NCBI GenBank assembly: GCA_036479435.1 | Contig: JAZGFI010000099.1 | Span: forward strand, 1-64,000 | Origin: Planctomycetota bacterium | GTDB taxonomy: Bacteria > Planctomycetota > GCA-002687715 > DRQF01 | DNA: 64,000 nt | Reading direction: 5' to 3' | Part shown: one piece after another, positions 39,475 to 49,454 of the stretch | Numbering within the stretch: position 1 is the stretch's first letter | Layout: the number at the start of each line of letters is the position of its first letter | The notes under the pieces: model-generated | Seen by the model: the letters and a program-made list of their open reading frames with translations, nothing else | What the model was told of the DNA's origin: nothing | The model's database searches: none | Translations under genes and position numbers: made by a program

Positions 39475-39501
39475 GTAACCCGGGGGCGGGAACAAAGTTT
39501 C
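39475..39501 (-). promoter_or_regulatory. Candidate autoregulatory ECF promoter
   Basis: GAAACT-N16-GTTAC, 11 nt upstream of the ECF ATG; fits the general ECF AAC/GT pattern. Confidence 0.5.
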
Positions 39502-39533
39502 GAAATTATTGCCGCGCGGCGGCGCCGCCGCGA

Positions 39534-40676
39534 TTAGGAAGCTTCTGACTGGTCCAGCAAGCTCAAGATGAGGAAGAGCCGGAAGGTGACGTCGGTGAAC
39601 TTTTTGTGCTTGCCACGCCAGTTGTCCTCGAGGGGAAAATAGACGTAATCCAAGCGGTTGACCGTCTTTTCGATGAAATCGTCGGCTCTCACGACACCTT
39701 CTTCATCCTGTAAGCCAATGAGCCAGTCCAAAAAGGCGACCGCCTTGGGGACGCGAGTCAACGCCCCACACCGGGCCAGGATTTCGAGGTCTTGCAGGAG
39801 CTGCCCGACGAGCTTTTGCTCCTCGTAGTCTTTTTGCTCCATGGTCCGGATTGAGAACCGGGTGTACTTTTCAAAGGTCTTCCCGCCAACTTGCGTAACT
39901 TCATGTTCAGCCGGCTTTTGCGAGAACAGAAAGTCCACGAGGCGGTCGATGAGCTCCTGGCCGCCCTCACGCTGGCGAAGATTCGTGTTGTGCGCGAGTT
40001 GCAGCAAAAGCATGTACTCGGGAACCGGCTGATCGCTGGGGAAAACCGAGCAAACTTCTTCGATCGTGCCCTCGTCAGTTTCTTTTTCGCGGATGTGCTC
40101 ACCGACGTAGATCTTGCTCTCGATGTCACCGCGGTAAAAAGAATCCAACTCGGCAAAAAGCTCATCCGACTTTCGCTTCACTCCGGCGTCGTTTTCGAAA
40201 CCAGAGCGGCACAGAAGCGCCATGGCGATCCGCGACAAACGCTTGCGCAAAAAGGCCTGGACGGCCGGATCGCCGCCCAAATAGCCGTTCAGTTCGCAAA
40301 GATCAATGCTGGGGTCTTCCCACAGCAACCCCTGAAGCAACTCGGAGGTGCTCCAGATAATGGGATGGTCCTGCCCCCAGCCGTACTCCACGAGGGCCAA
40401 ATACTGCCAGACGAGACCGGGACCGCGTTTTCTTTGCAGGTTCATGGCCTCAAAGCCCATGAGCGAATTGAACCAGGTGCCGTCATCACTGCGGGCCGCG
40501 GCGATCGTGTGCGGAGGCTTATAGGAATAGACTTCCTGACGGGCCCCCATCAGGTCGGGGTCGTCGCTGGGTCGTCTCTGGATTTCAGCGAAAAGCCGAA
40601 AACGGATCGAAGGGCAGGCTTTTTCTAAAAGCCAGGGCGTTGGATCCGCCTTCAACTTGTCAGTCCATTTGCCCAT
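39534..40676 (-). CDS. Hypothetical protein, probable alpha/alpha-toroid (prenyltransferase/squalene-cyclase-like) fold
   Basis: DPTPWLLE...PSIR, RSDDGTW and LDWLIGLQDEEG QW-like repeats; KFTDVTFR C-terminus. Confidence 0.65.
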   Translation of the reverse strand: MGKWTDKLKADPTPWLLEKACPSIRFRLFAEIQRRPSDDPDLMGARQEVYSYKPPHTIAAARSDDGTWFNSLMGFEAMNLQRKRGPGLVWQYLALVEYGWGQDHPIIWSTSELLQGLLWEDPSIDLCELNGYLGGDPAVQAFLRKRLSRIAMALLCRSGFENDAGVKRKSDELFAELDSFYRGDIESKIYVGEHIREKETDEGTIEEVCSVFPSDQPVPEYMLLLQLAHNTNLRQREGGQELIDRLVDFLFSQKPAEHEVTQVGGKTFEKYTRFSIRTMEQKDYEEQKLVGQLLQDLEILARCGALTRVPKAVAFLDWLIGLQDEEGVVRADDFIEKTVNRLDYVYFPLEDNWRGKHKKFTDVTFRLFLILSLLDQSEAS

Positions 40677-40791
40677 AGCCGCTTTGCTGCTCCCCGTCCC
40701 TACTCGATTATCACCCCAGGGAGCCCGCGTTGGCCGGGCCTCCACCCCAAGTGTGGGCTCAGCCTATCCTGGAAGGCCCGCTCTCACACCC

Positions 40792-42015
40792 TCAGCGCGA
40801 ATTCTCCGGGTTGGAAGTGACGCGCCCCCAGCGTTCTCGTGGCCAAATGGAAAAAACGGGTCGCCCGACCACGTTTTCCGCGATCTCGAGCGCCCCCCAA
40901 TGGCGGCTGTCACGACTTTCGGGACTGTTGTCTCCCAGGACAAACACCTGCCCCCGCGGGACCTCAAATGATGCTCTAACACCATATGCTGCATCAGTTT
41001 GCTGCGAGGTGTAGTGGATGTCACGGTCGATTTCAAGCCGCGCCAGGATCAGGCGCGGGGCCCCGACAACGCTTAGTCTCAACCAACTTTCCCGGCGGCT
41101 CGATGGCCTGGACAACTCTTGGCGAAAAAGCTCGGACCATTCTCGGCCTTTGGCATCCAGCGCGGCCTCAAGACGCAGAGTTTGATCGATCGCATGGACT
41201 CGAATGAGGTTTTCCAGCGAATGGTCTCGGAGGACCTCGTAAAAGAGAGCACCGTTTTCGTCGCGGAGCGAAAGGTGCCAGCCGGAGTGCCGCCGCTCCA
41301 ATGCGAGACTCCAGGCCGCTTTGCCGTCCAGAATCTGGGCCAGCTCCAGACTGCCCCCATAGTCGACCTCGTAAATCTTGAGCGTCAAGACGATGTCCTG
41401 GACGATCTCAGTTCCGGGCCGCCAGCGACCTTTGGGGCTCAAATGGTCATCCTTGAAACTCATGGCCGGAATGCGCGCAACCGCGCCGTCATCGCCGGCC
41501 TCGAACTTCAAAAAGTCCCCGCCTGCCGACAATTCACAACGCCCCTTCAAGGGCAATACCATCTCTAGGTCATTGCGCCCCACCAAAGACCGCCGGCGGC
41601 CACGACCACGCAGGTCCAAGTCCGCTAGGCGCAGGTAGGGAACCAAGGTCGATCGGATCTGGCGGTCACTTCGCAGCATTGGCTTACCATCAATGAGGGC
41701 ATCACCATCGCGAATCAGGATGGATTCACCGCCAAAGGCAATGGCCCGTTTAATGACCGTTTTGACCTCACTCCCGGAACTCCGCATCACGATCGCTTCA
41801 TAACGCTGTGGAGGGCTTGAGTCGCGCCGAACCAAGAGCCATTGGCCGTCGGCAAATGCCGGCGCCATGCTCACGCCCTCGAGAACGTGCAGTTGGAAAA
41901 GCGACAGCAGCACGACGATCAGCAAAAGAACTATCGCCATCAAGATGCGGCCACGCGTGAACCAGGAACGAAGCCGGGGCGGCGGGGGTCGCTGCGATGT
42001 CAGTCCTCGCTTCAC
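40792..42015 (-). CDS. lepB: Signal peptidase I with a large insertion
   Basis: N-terminal TM, GVSMAP (Ser), IKRAIA (Lys), FVLGDNSPESRDSRHWG (box E). Confidence 0.9.
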   Translation of the reverse strand: MKRGLTSQRPPPPRLRSWFTRGRILMAIVLLLIVVLLSLFQLHVLEGVSMAPAFADGQWLLVRRDSSPPQRYEAIVMRSSGSEVKTVIKRAIAFGGESILIRDGDALIDGKPMLRSDRQIRSTLVPYLRLADLDLRGRGRRRSLVGRNDLEMVLPLKGRCELSAGGDFLKFEAGDDGAVARIPAMSFKDDHLSPKGRWRPGTEIVQDIVLTLKIYEVDYGGSLELAQILDGKAAWSLALERRHSGWHLSLRDENGALFYEVLRDHSLENLIRVHAIDQTLRLEAALDAKGREWSELFRQELSRPSSRRESWLRLSVVGAPRLILARLEIDRDIHYTSQQTDAAYGVRASFEVPRGQVFVLGDNSPESRDSRHWGALEIAENVVGRPVFSIWPRERWGRVTSNPENSR

Positions 42016-43304
42016 GATTGGGGTTCTCCGAATAGAAACTCGCCAGCGATGACGAGAGCCTTCACATCATCGGGTGTTCCAGCCCAGACGATGGCCTCCT
42101 CGGGATCGTCGAAATCTTGGGACTTCGCGCGCGCAAGATCGACGATGCTGAAATCTGCGTGCATGCCAACTTTCAGGGCTCCTGTCGCGTCCAGGCCGAG
42201 TGCCTTAGCCCCGTTGAGTGTCGCCATTTCCAACACGTCGCGGGCCCCGAACTTCAACTTCGGACGTTCGGGTCGGCCGCGTTGCGCCAAGATTGCCAAC
42301 CTCATTTCCTCGAACATGTCGAGCTTGCCGACACTCGCGCCACTATCGGTACCAAGGGCGCAAAGAACCCCAGCTTCTCGCAACTCCAAGAGCGGTGAAA
42401 CACCGACGGAGAGCGCGAGGTTGGAGCTTGGGCAATGAACAACCGGCGTGTCGGTCTTGGCGAGAATCTGAATGTCGGCCGCCGACAGGTGCACCGCGTG
42501 AACCGCCAAAACGTCTGGGCCGAGGACACCCAACGCTTCCAAGGTGGCCACGGGACTCGCGCCAAATTGGTAACGCGCCTTACACCGACCCGCCGCAAAG
42601 GCTTCAAAAAGAGGTCCGCGCGACCGCTCAAAAAAGTCGGATTCCGCCGGGCTCTCGGCGAGATGAATCGAGCTGCGTAAGCCCGCAAACCGCGCCCGTT
42701 CCACAACCGCTTGCAGCACCTGAGGCGGGCAGGTGTAAGGCGCGTGCGGCGCAACTCCGGGGAGAACCCGAAGATGAGCTTGCTTAGCGGCGGCGTCTTT
42801 GTCGATTTGCTCGCAAGCGCCGCGGCTGTAGTCGTCGAGATTCGTGCTCATCGACCCGAATTGTTCCCGGAAAAACACGCCGCGGAGGCCCGTTGAACAC
42901 AAGGCATCGCGACCCGCAGGGTGGAAGAAACTGTCGGCGACCGTGCCTACACCACCCCCTAGAAGTTCCTCAACCGCGCGCTCGGCACCTTTACGCAGAA
43001 GCTCCGGGTGGTTTTTTGCGGCGTCTATAACTCGGGGAGCTACGCCGCTTTGAAGCCAAGACGAAAAGTCGAGGTCGCGATCGCCGTTCTTCAAGAAATG
43101 GCAGGCGAGATGGGTGTGCGCGTTGACGAAGGCGGGGAGGACGACCGCGTCCGGAAACTCAAGACGAGCGCCTGAAAACTCCGGCACGTCCCCTTGGCCC
43201 AAAGCGGAGATCTTCCCGTCCTCCACGATCATCCAACCCGACTTCAAAGGACGATCGACAATTGGCACGAGCCACTTTGCCGCAATGATGAAACCTTCAG
43301 TCAA
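42012..43304 (-). CDS. Amidohydrolase (MTA/SAH- or aminofutalosine-deaminase-like)
   Basis: PAFVNAHTH, PHAPYT, IHLAES, HCPSSN, LGTDS, MATLNGA.ALG; TTG start overlapping the mgtE stop. Confidence 0.9.
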   Translation of the reverse strand: MTEGFIIAAKWLVPIVDRPLKSGWMIVEDGKISALGQGDVPEFSGARLEFPDAVVLPAFVNAHTHLACHFLKNGDRDLDFSSWLQSGVAPRVIDAAKNHPELLRKGAERAVEELLGGGVGTVADSFFHPAGRDALCSTGLRGVFFREQFGSMSTNLDDYSRGACEQIDKDAAAKQAHLRVLPGVAPHAPYTCPPQVLQAVVERARFAGLRSSIHLAESPAESDFFERSRGPLFEAFAAGRCKARYQFGASPVATLEALGVLGPDVLAVHAVHLSAADIQILAKTDTPVVHCPSSNLALSVGVSPLLELREAGVLCALGTDSGASVGKLDMFEEMRLAILAQRGRPERPKLKFGARDVLEMATLNGAKALGLDATGALKVGMHADFSIVDLARAKSQDFDDPEEAIVWAGTPDDVKALVIAGEFLFGEPQS

Positions 43305-44709
43305 CGAGGTGAGCTCCAAAACCGATGACGAACGCCATGTAGATGGCGCAGCCAATCATGTCGATCAACATCGTAATGAAGGGGCCTGCGGAAATCGCTG
43401 GATCGACGTTGAGTTTGTGGCAAACGCTCGGAATGGTCGTGCCCAGAACCGAAGAGATGCCCGACAGGCTCGCGATTGAAGCCATGACGGCCAGTGCCAT
43501 CCACAGGGGGTCGTTTTCACCCAGAACGTAGGCTGCGATCGCTCCGAAAACGGAGCAAACAACGCCAACGAGGACCCCGACTTGCAGTTCATCACCGATG
43601 ACCCGGGGGATATGGTGGGGATCGATCTCGCCGGTCGCAAAGCCGCGCACCATTACCGCCGAAGACTGCGTCGCAATGTTGCCGCCGAGCATGGCAATCA
43701 TCGGCAGAAAATAGGTGACCTCCGAAATGACGTTGGCGTCGCCGACAGAAAACAGCTTCAGCACCAAGGCACTGCCGAAGCCACCGAAAACAGATACCAA
43801 AAGGTAGGGAAGTCGTTTCCGCACGCGACCCAAGACACTGTCACGAGTGGGGCGGATGTCCGCCGAACCGGCCATGCGAAAGACATCTTCACTCGCTTCT
43901 TCTTGGCCGACCGTCAACACGTCGTCAACCGTCACGATGCCCGCGAGGTCGTGAAACTGGTCGACGACCGGAAGCGTGCTCAGGTGATAGGTCTCCATGA
44001 GCCGGTAGCACTCTTCGCGGTCGGTCCCGAGCTTGGCACTGACGACATCCGTGGTCATCAGGTCTTTCACGAGATCGCTGTTGTCGGCGAGGATCAAATC
44101 CCTTGACGAAAAGACGCCGAGTAAACGCTCTTTGGAGAGGACAAAGACATTGTCGATGCTCTCAAAATCATCGCGACTTCGAATTAGGGTTTTGACGTCC
44201 GCAACGGTCGCTTCTTGGGACGTTGCCACGAAATCCGGTGTCATCAGCCCCCCCGCCGTGTCGGGAGCGTATTGCGACAACTCGCGGATCTTGTCGGCAT
44301 GCTGGGTCTCGACGTTGTCGAGAATCCGGTCGCGATCTGACTGACTTAGGTCCTCAACGAGGTCGACGGCGTCATCGGGAGCGATGCGTTCAAGAAGATG
44401 GGGAAGGCGCTCATCGCCATCGAGGGCGCGCAGAAAATAGTCCCGAACTTCGCCTTCGACTTCCTCAAGGAGGTCCGCCTGCTCCTCAGGTCCCAGGGAT
44501 TCAAAGATGAGAAGGCGGTCTTCATCATCGAGATGGACGGCTAAATCAGCGACGTCGATCAGGCTCTCAGAGACTAATTCGCGCAGTCGTCCCCGGTCAT
44601 TGGGCGCTTCAGGGGCCGAACGAACGCGATCAATCTCGATTTTCAGGGCCTCAGCGAGGCGTTCACGGTCATTCATCTGCTCTGCATCCTCGGCGGAGGG
44701 GAGCGCCAA
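43297..44709 (-). CDS. mgtE: Magnesium transporter MgtE
   Basis: PDDAVD, Y..DTAGGLMT, CBS pair, RLPYL, GGNIATQS, DPAISAGPFIT..ID. Confidence 0.95.
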   Translation of the reverse strand: MALPSAEDAEQMNDRERLAEALKIEIDRVRSAPEAPNDRGRLRELVSESLIDVADLAVHLDDEDRLLIFESLGPEEQADLLEEVEGEVRDYFLRALDGDERLPHLLERIAPDDAVDLVEDLSQSDRDRILDNVETQHADKIRELSQYAPDTAGGLMTPDFVATSQEATVADVKTLIRSRDDFESIDNVFVLSKERLLGVFSSRDLILADNSDLVKDLMTTDVVSAKLGTDREECYRLMETYHLSTLPVVDQFHDLAGIVTVDDVLTVGQEEASEDVFRMAGSADIRPTRDSVLGRVRKRLPYLLVSVFGGFGSALVLKLFSVGDANVISEVTYFLPMIAMLGGNIATQSSAVMVRGFATGEIDPHHIPRVIGDELQVGVLVGVVCSVFGAIAAYVLGENDPLWMALAVMASIASLSGISSVLGTTIPSVCHKLNVDPAISAGPFITMLIDMIGCAIYMAFVIGFGAHLVD

Positions 44710-45039
44710 TTTCCCGGATTCGTCATAACAAGCTGGTCAATTTGGGGTCCGGCCAGCGATTTTTTGCGTCTTTTTCTGCGGGCGGAAGTCCCTTTGACTA
44801 AGGAGCTTGGGTTCCAGGGCTCCGCCGAGGCAATTTGAGCTTCGATGGCCCGAGACTCAAGCCGTACAAGAGTTTACGACCCAAGATCGGGCTCGGGGAG
44901 CCGCCGGCAGGTCTTGAGCCGAAAACTCGAAATCCCGAGCCTTCAGGTAGTATGAGTTCAGACCTCGGGCTTACGGGACCCGACGAAACGGACCGATCGA
45001 ACCGCTGCGACTAGCCGCAAGCGGAAAGGCAGGTATAAG

Positions 45040-46167
45040 ATGCAAAAGACCCGTACCGAAGCGTCGCAGCTTCGCAATCTCTTCATTCAGGCTGACGAAC
45101 TCGAGCGCGTTTCGCGCCAACTCGAGTCGGATCCCGAGCCCGAAGCGGCGACGAGCCTGCTCGAGAACAAGGCCCAGGCGCGCCGTCACCTCCGCGATAG
45201 CTTCAAAAAGGCCCGGCCTTTGGTGTTTGAACGCATGTTCGCCGGACTCGAAGGTGCCACGGCAGAACGCGACGACATGGCCTTGGCGCTGTTGCTCCTC
45301 AACCGCCGCATCCGCGAGGGCGATGCCGGACTGTGCGGTCGTGAATTGCTCTGGCTCCTTTACGACAACAGTTACGACGTCCTGGCGGCAGTCCCGCGCC
45401 TTGGTCCCAAGGGGGCCTTGGCCCGCGCCAAGCTCGTCGTTTCCTGGCCAGATCCCGATCTCGAAAGCCATGATCTCCTCGATCAGGTTTATGCGCTAGC
45501 GCCCGAAGCCTATGACCGCGTCATCGGCAGCGATTCGGGTTCTGCTGCGGATGAGGGCCTGCCCTTTAGCGACAGTATCGATCACGCCCTAGGCCTTTAC
45601 GAGTACGCACAGACTCACCAGCGCCGCGCCGCAAAGGTCTTCATAGAGGGTCTCTGGCGAAGTGATTACGGAGAACCAGAGGAGACCATAGAGAGTCTCG
45701 ACGCGGAAATCGATCGCATGAAGGCGGACATCAACCGTCGCCACGCCAAGGCCTCGAATCCTGAGCTTTTCAGCCTCACCAGTTTGAAGAGCGACTTCGG
45801 ATTGAGCGGCGTCGAGCTTTTGATGGTCGTGCAACTACTGCTGCAAGAGGCACTCGGCGGCCAGGGCTCCATCGACGCCATCGACTTGCTCCGCCTCGTT
45901 AGCCGATCAGAAAGAGACTTGCTGCGCAAGCGCGCCCTGCTGGCGGAGGATTCCAAGTTGATTCAGATGGGAATCGTCGTGCTCGATGAAGGCTATGCCG
46001 ACAGGGGCCTGACCGGGCAAGCGTCCTTAAATGGATGGGTAACCCAGCGGCTTTTGGATGACCCCCTAGCGCAAAAACAGGAAATCGAGGTCGATGAGAG
46101 AATCCAGTTCCACAAGTACCTTGGCGATCTCCACAACAGCGCGGATTTCTACCGCCGCTTGGATTAA
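45040..46167 (+). CDS. Hypothetical protein with two similar helical (winged-helix-like) units
   Basis: 375-aa ORF with internal similarity (see findings). Confidence 0.7.
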   Translation: MQKTRTEASQLRNLFIQADELERVSRQLESDPEPEAATSLLENKAQARRHLRDSFKKARPLVFERMFAGLEGATAERDDMALALLLLNRRIREGDAGLCGRELLWLLYDNSYDVLAAVPRLGPKGALARAKLVVSWPDPDLESHDLLDQVYALAPEAYDRVIGSDSGSAADEGLPFSDSIDHALGLYEYAQTHQRRAAKVFIEGLWRSDYGEPEETIESLDAEIDRMKADINRRHAKASNPELFSLTSLKSDFGLSGVELLMVVQLLLQEALGGQGSIDAIDLLRLVSRSERDLLRKRALLAEDSKLIQMGIVVLDEGYADRGLTGQASLNGWVTQRLLDDPLAQKQEIEVDERIQFHKYLGDLHNSADFYRRLD

Positions 46168-46264
46168 GGCCTAGGGCTCAGGGTGCCCAAAGCCGCCACA
46201 AAGACGGTCCGAGTAGGGCGGGTCCAGAGGTTTCCGTCGGCGAGGCTTCGTGTAGACTCATCGC

Positions 46265-46930
46265 ATGAAGCGAGACCAGAAAATCAGCAAGGTCTACGCG
46301 CAGGTTCAAAAGAGCCTTGCTGCGGAGTTCGACCGTAAAATCTACTGCGAAGTCGCAAAGCAACTCGACCGAGATGGCGACCTTAAGCGTACTCTAGCGG
46401 CGGCGCGACTCGTGATCGAACTGGATCCACAATCGGCGATCGCTCACTTCGAGTTGGCCAAGTACCTCATCAAAAGTGGTGACTACCTTGAGGGCGGCAA
46501 ACAGCTGGAAGTCTGTAGCGAACTCGATTCCGTCGAAGTCGCGGGTCGCCGTTGGCAAAACAACAACCTCTACTACATCGCCTACGTCTTCTTTAATCTC
46601 GGCCGCTATCAAGAGGCCGCTGACGCCTTTAGGGGAGCGCAAAACCTCATCGACATTTGGAGCGACCCGGTCGTGCTGAAGAACTTCTTGTGGCACCAGG
46701 GTTTTGCCCTCCATGAATGCGGTCAGTTCTTGGATGCTGCGGAATGCTACCGCCGGGCCATGGTCGCGCCCGGCCCCGGTGACTCCTGTATCGAAGACGA
46801 GATGGACGAAGACGAAGTCGAGGCGGCGCAAGCCTTGAACGACGAGATCGAACCCTACATGGAGCTCGCGCAAAAAGGAGTCGCCTTAGAGTTGAACGCG
46901 GTCGAAGTGACGCCCGCGTTTTCGACCTAG
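46265..46930 (+). CDS. TPR-repeat protein
   Basis: IELDPQSAIAHFELA, IAYVFFNLGRYQEAA..F, G.ALH..GQF.DAAECYRRA. Confidence 0.85.
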   Translation: MKRDQKISKVYAQVQKSLAAEFDRKIYCEVAKQLDRDGDLKRTLAAARLVIELDPQSAIAHFELAKYLIKSGDYLEGGKQLEVCSELDSVEVAGRRWQNNNLYYIAYVFFNLGRYQEAADAFRGAQNLIDIWSDPVVLKNFLWHQGFALHECGQFLDAAECYRRAMVAPGPGDSCIEDEMDEDEVEAAQALNDEIEPYMELAQKGVALELNAVEVTPAFST

Positions 46931-46954
46931 GCAAAGCCCAAGGCAACTCTCTCA

Positions 46955-48088
46955 ATGCGTCGAATCCTCGTTCTCGAACCCTACGATGGCGGATCTCACG
47001 CACGCTTTTTGAATGACCTAGCGCGACAGTTTCCGAACGATCACTTCGAGCGAATGTCTCTACCCGCCCGGAGCTGGAAATGGCGCATGCGGTTCGCAGC
47101 AATTGAGTTCGCGAAACGCTGCCGCGAACTCGATGATGGCGGCGCCGCCTTTGATTTCATCATCGCTTCCACCTTCATCAACCTTGCCGAGTTTCGAGCC
47201 CTTGCCCCCGCGGCTATCGGAGCCTTGCCCTCGATCCTCTATTTTCATGAGAACCAACTGGCCTATCCCAATCAGGTCGCCGATAAACGCGATGTCCATT
47301 TTGGGATCACCAACATCATTGCGGCACTTGCCGCGACGCGGCTGGTATTCAACACACGCTACAACCTCGACAGTTTCCTCGGCGCCATCCCCGACCTGAT
47401 ACGCAAAGCGCCGGATATGGACTTGGGCTTTGTTCTTGAGGAACTATGTCAAAAATCAAATGTGTTTCCGGTGCCGCTCGATTTGGATTTGGAACCATCC
47501 CTTGTCGCGGCCCGTTCTCAAGATGCGTCCCCCATCGTCGTTTGGAATCACCGCTGGGAGCACGACAAAGCCCCCGAGGCGTTTTTCCAAGCTCTCTTCG
47601 CCCTCGCAGATCAGGGACTGGATTTTCGGGTTGCCGTAGCGGGCCAAAACTTCGAGCATCGCCCCAAGATATTTGATGAGGCCAAAGCAAGGCTGGGCCC
47701 GCGGATTTGCCAATGGGGTGCGGTCAAGACTCGAGTTGACTACCTCGAATTACTGCGCCGCAGCACCGTTTGCGTTTCAACTGCGCTCCACGAGTTTCAA
47801 GGATTGAGTGTTCTTGAGGCCGCCGCCCAAGGTTGCCACTTGGTCTTGCCCGACCGCCTGAGCTACCCGGAGCTGTTTCCAAGCCTTGCGCGCTACGATA
47901 ACCGGCCAGGGCTGGAGCGCATGCTCAATGAGATCTTGAGCCGCCGCCCGGCGGTCGACGAGGCCCTTGTTGAACGCGCTCGGGAATTCGCCTGGAGCCA
48001 GTGGCGCCCGGTCTATGACCGTTTCTTTGAAGAACTGGCCCCAGACTCTCTGAATCCGCCCCGTGAAGAGCCGCCGAAATCGAGTTAA
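46955..48088 (+). CDS. DUF3524 / GT4 glycosyltransferase (GTDC1-like)
   Basis: LEPY.GGSH, LPARSWKWRMR, LYFHENQL.YP, WNHRWEHDK.P, STA.HEFQG, PDRLSYPE. Confidence 0.9.
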   Translation: MRRILVLEPYDGGSHARFLNDLARQFPNDHFERMSLPARSWKWRMRFAAIEFAKRCRELDDGGAAFDFIIASTFINLAEFRALAPAAIGALPSILYFHENQLAYPNQVADKRDVHFGITNIIAALAATRLVFNTRYNLDSFLGAIPDLIRKAPDMDLGFVLEELCQKSNVFPVPLDLDLEPSLVAARSQDASPIVVWNHRWEHDKAPEAFFQALFALADQGLDFRVAVAGQNFEHRPKIFDEAKARLGPRICQWGAVKTRVDYLELLRRSTVCVSTALHEFQGLSVLEAAAQGCHLVLPDRLSYPELFPSLARYDNRPGLERMLNEILSRRPAVDEALVERAREFAWSQWRPVYDRFFEELAPDSLNPPREEPPKSS

Positions 48089-48096
48089 AGTGAGGC

Positions 48097-49341
48097 ATGG
48101 CTGCCAATCAACATGATGACTTGATTTACGACTGGAATCTCCGCGAACCCGCAGAGTCAATACCGCGCAAAGTGACTTTCGACGACGAAACCCTTCGCGA
48201 CGGCCTCCAAAACCCCTCGGTTCGCAACCCGGACCTCGACGAGAAACGTGCGCTCGTCCGACTGATGGATCGCCTCGGCATCCACACGGTAAACGTCGGC
48301 CTTCCCGGCGCCGGCGATCGCCACTACGTCGATTGCTTGGCCCTGGCCCAACAAATCGTTGACGAGAAGTTGAGCATTGTGCCGAACGTGGCCTGCCGCA
48401 CTTTGCTCAACGACGTCGAGCCGGTGCGGCGGATGATGGACGAGACTGGAGCTCCGGTTTTGGCCAACTGCTTCATCGGCTCGTCGCCTATCCGTCAGTA
48501 CACCGAGGGTTGGACTCTCGACAAGATTCTCAGTTACATCGACACCACTCTTCGTTGGTGCGCGGACCACGAGGTCCCCTTTGCGCTCGTTACCGAAGAC
48601 ACGACGCGCTCCAAACCCGAAGACGTCGAGCGGCTCTATCGACACGCCATCGAACTCGGCGCCGAGCGGCTTGTCGTCTGCGATACCTGCGGGCACGCGA
48701 CCCCCGAGGGCACCTACTCTTTGATCAAGTTTGTCCGCGAGATCGCAGACAGCAGCGGCCGCGATGTCAAGGTTGACTGGCACGGTCACCGCGACCGGGG
48801 ATTGGGCGAAGCCAACTGCATCGCCGCCGTTAGGGGCGGGGCCGACCAAATTCACGGCGCCGCTCTCGGCGTCGGCGAACGCGCGGGCAATGCCGCGATG
48901 GACCTGATCTTGGTGAACTTCAAGTTGCTGGGATGGATCGACAACGATCTCACCGCTTTGGCCGAGTACTGCGATTTTGCCGCGAAGGCGCTCAACATCG
49001 AAATCCCAAACAACTACCCCGTCTTTGGCCACGATGCCTTTTTGACCGGCACCGGCGTTCACGCCGCCGCCGTCATCAAAGCCATGCGAAAAAACGACAA
49101 CTGGCTTGCGGATCGAGTCTACTCAGGGGTTCCTGCCGCCGACTTCGGTCGAAAGCAAGAAATCGGAGTCGGCCCCATGTCGGGCAAATCAAACGTGCTC
49201 TTTTTCTTGGAGCAGCGCGGCTACGATCCGAACAACGAGGCCCTAGTTGAAGCCGTCTTCGACTGCGCCAAAAAGTCCGACCATCTGCTCAGCTCCAGCG
49301 AACTCGAAGCCGCCATCGCCTCTTTTGAAGGCAAAAACTGA
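48097..49341 (+). CDS. leuA: LeuA-family (DRE-TIM) 2-isopropylmalate-synthase-like protein without regulatory domain
   Basis: DETLRDGLQ, EDTTRS, HGHRDRG, GVGERAGN, GVHAAA, MSGKSNV; 414 aa. Confidence 0.82.
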   Translation: MAANQHDDLIYDWNLREPAESIPRKVTFDDETLRDGLQNPSVRNPDLDEKRALVRLMDRLGIHTVNVGLPGAGDRHYVDCLALAQQIVDEKLSIVPNVACRTLLNDVEPVRRMMDETGAPVLANCFIGSSPIRQYTEGWTLDKILSYIDTTLRWCADHEVPFALVTEDTTRSKPEDVERLYRHAIELGAERLVVCDTCGHATPEGTYSLIKFVREIADSSGRDVKVDWHGHRDRGLGEANCIAAVRGGADQIHGAALGVGERAGNAAMDLILVNFKLLGWIDNDLTALAEYCDFAAKALNIEIPNNYPVFGHDAFLTGTGVHAAAVIKAMRKNDNWLADRVYSGVPAADFGRKQEIGVGPMSGKSNVLFFLEQRGYDPNNEALVEAVFDCAKKSDHLLSSSELEAAIASFEGKN

Positions 49342-49454
49342 GCGGAGCTAACCCTAGATAACGAGAGTTCAGTGCAGCGAGCCGCCGCTTCATTGAGCAA
49401 TTTGGCGTGTAGCAACATCGAAAGGGTGGAACCGGTCTCACCCGATCTCGAAGA

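Noticed and set aside
48157..49062. 301-aa minus-strand ORF, and similar antisense ORFs at 33541-34341 and 39891-40628
   Set aside because: They lie opposite well-supported genes, as expected from codon bias at high GC.
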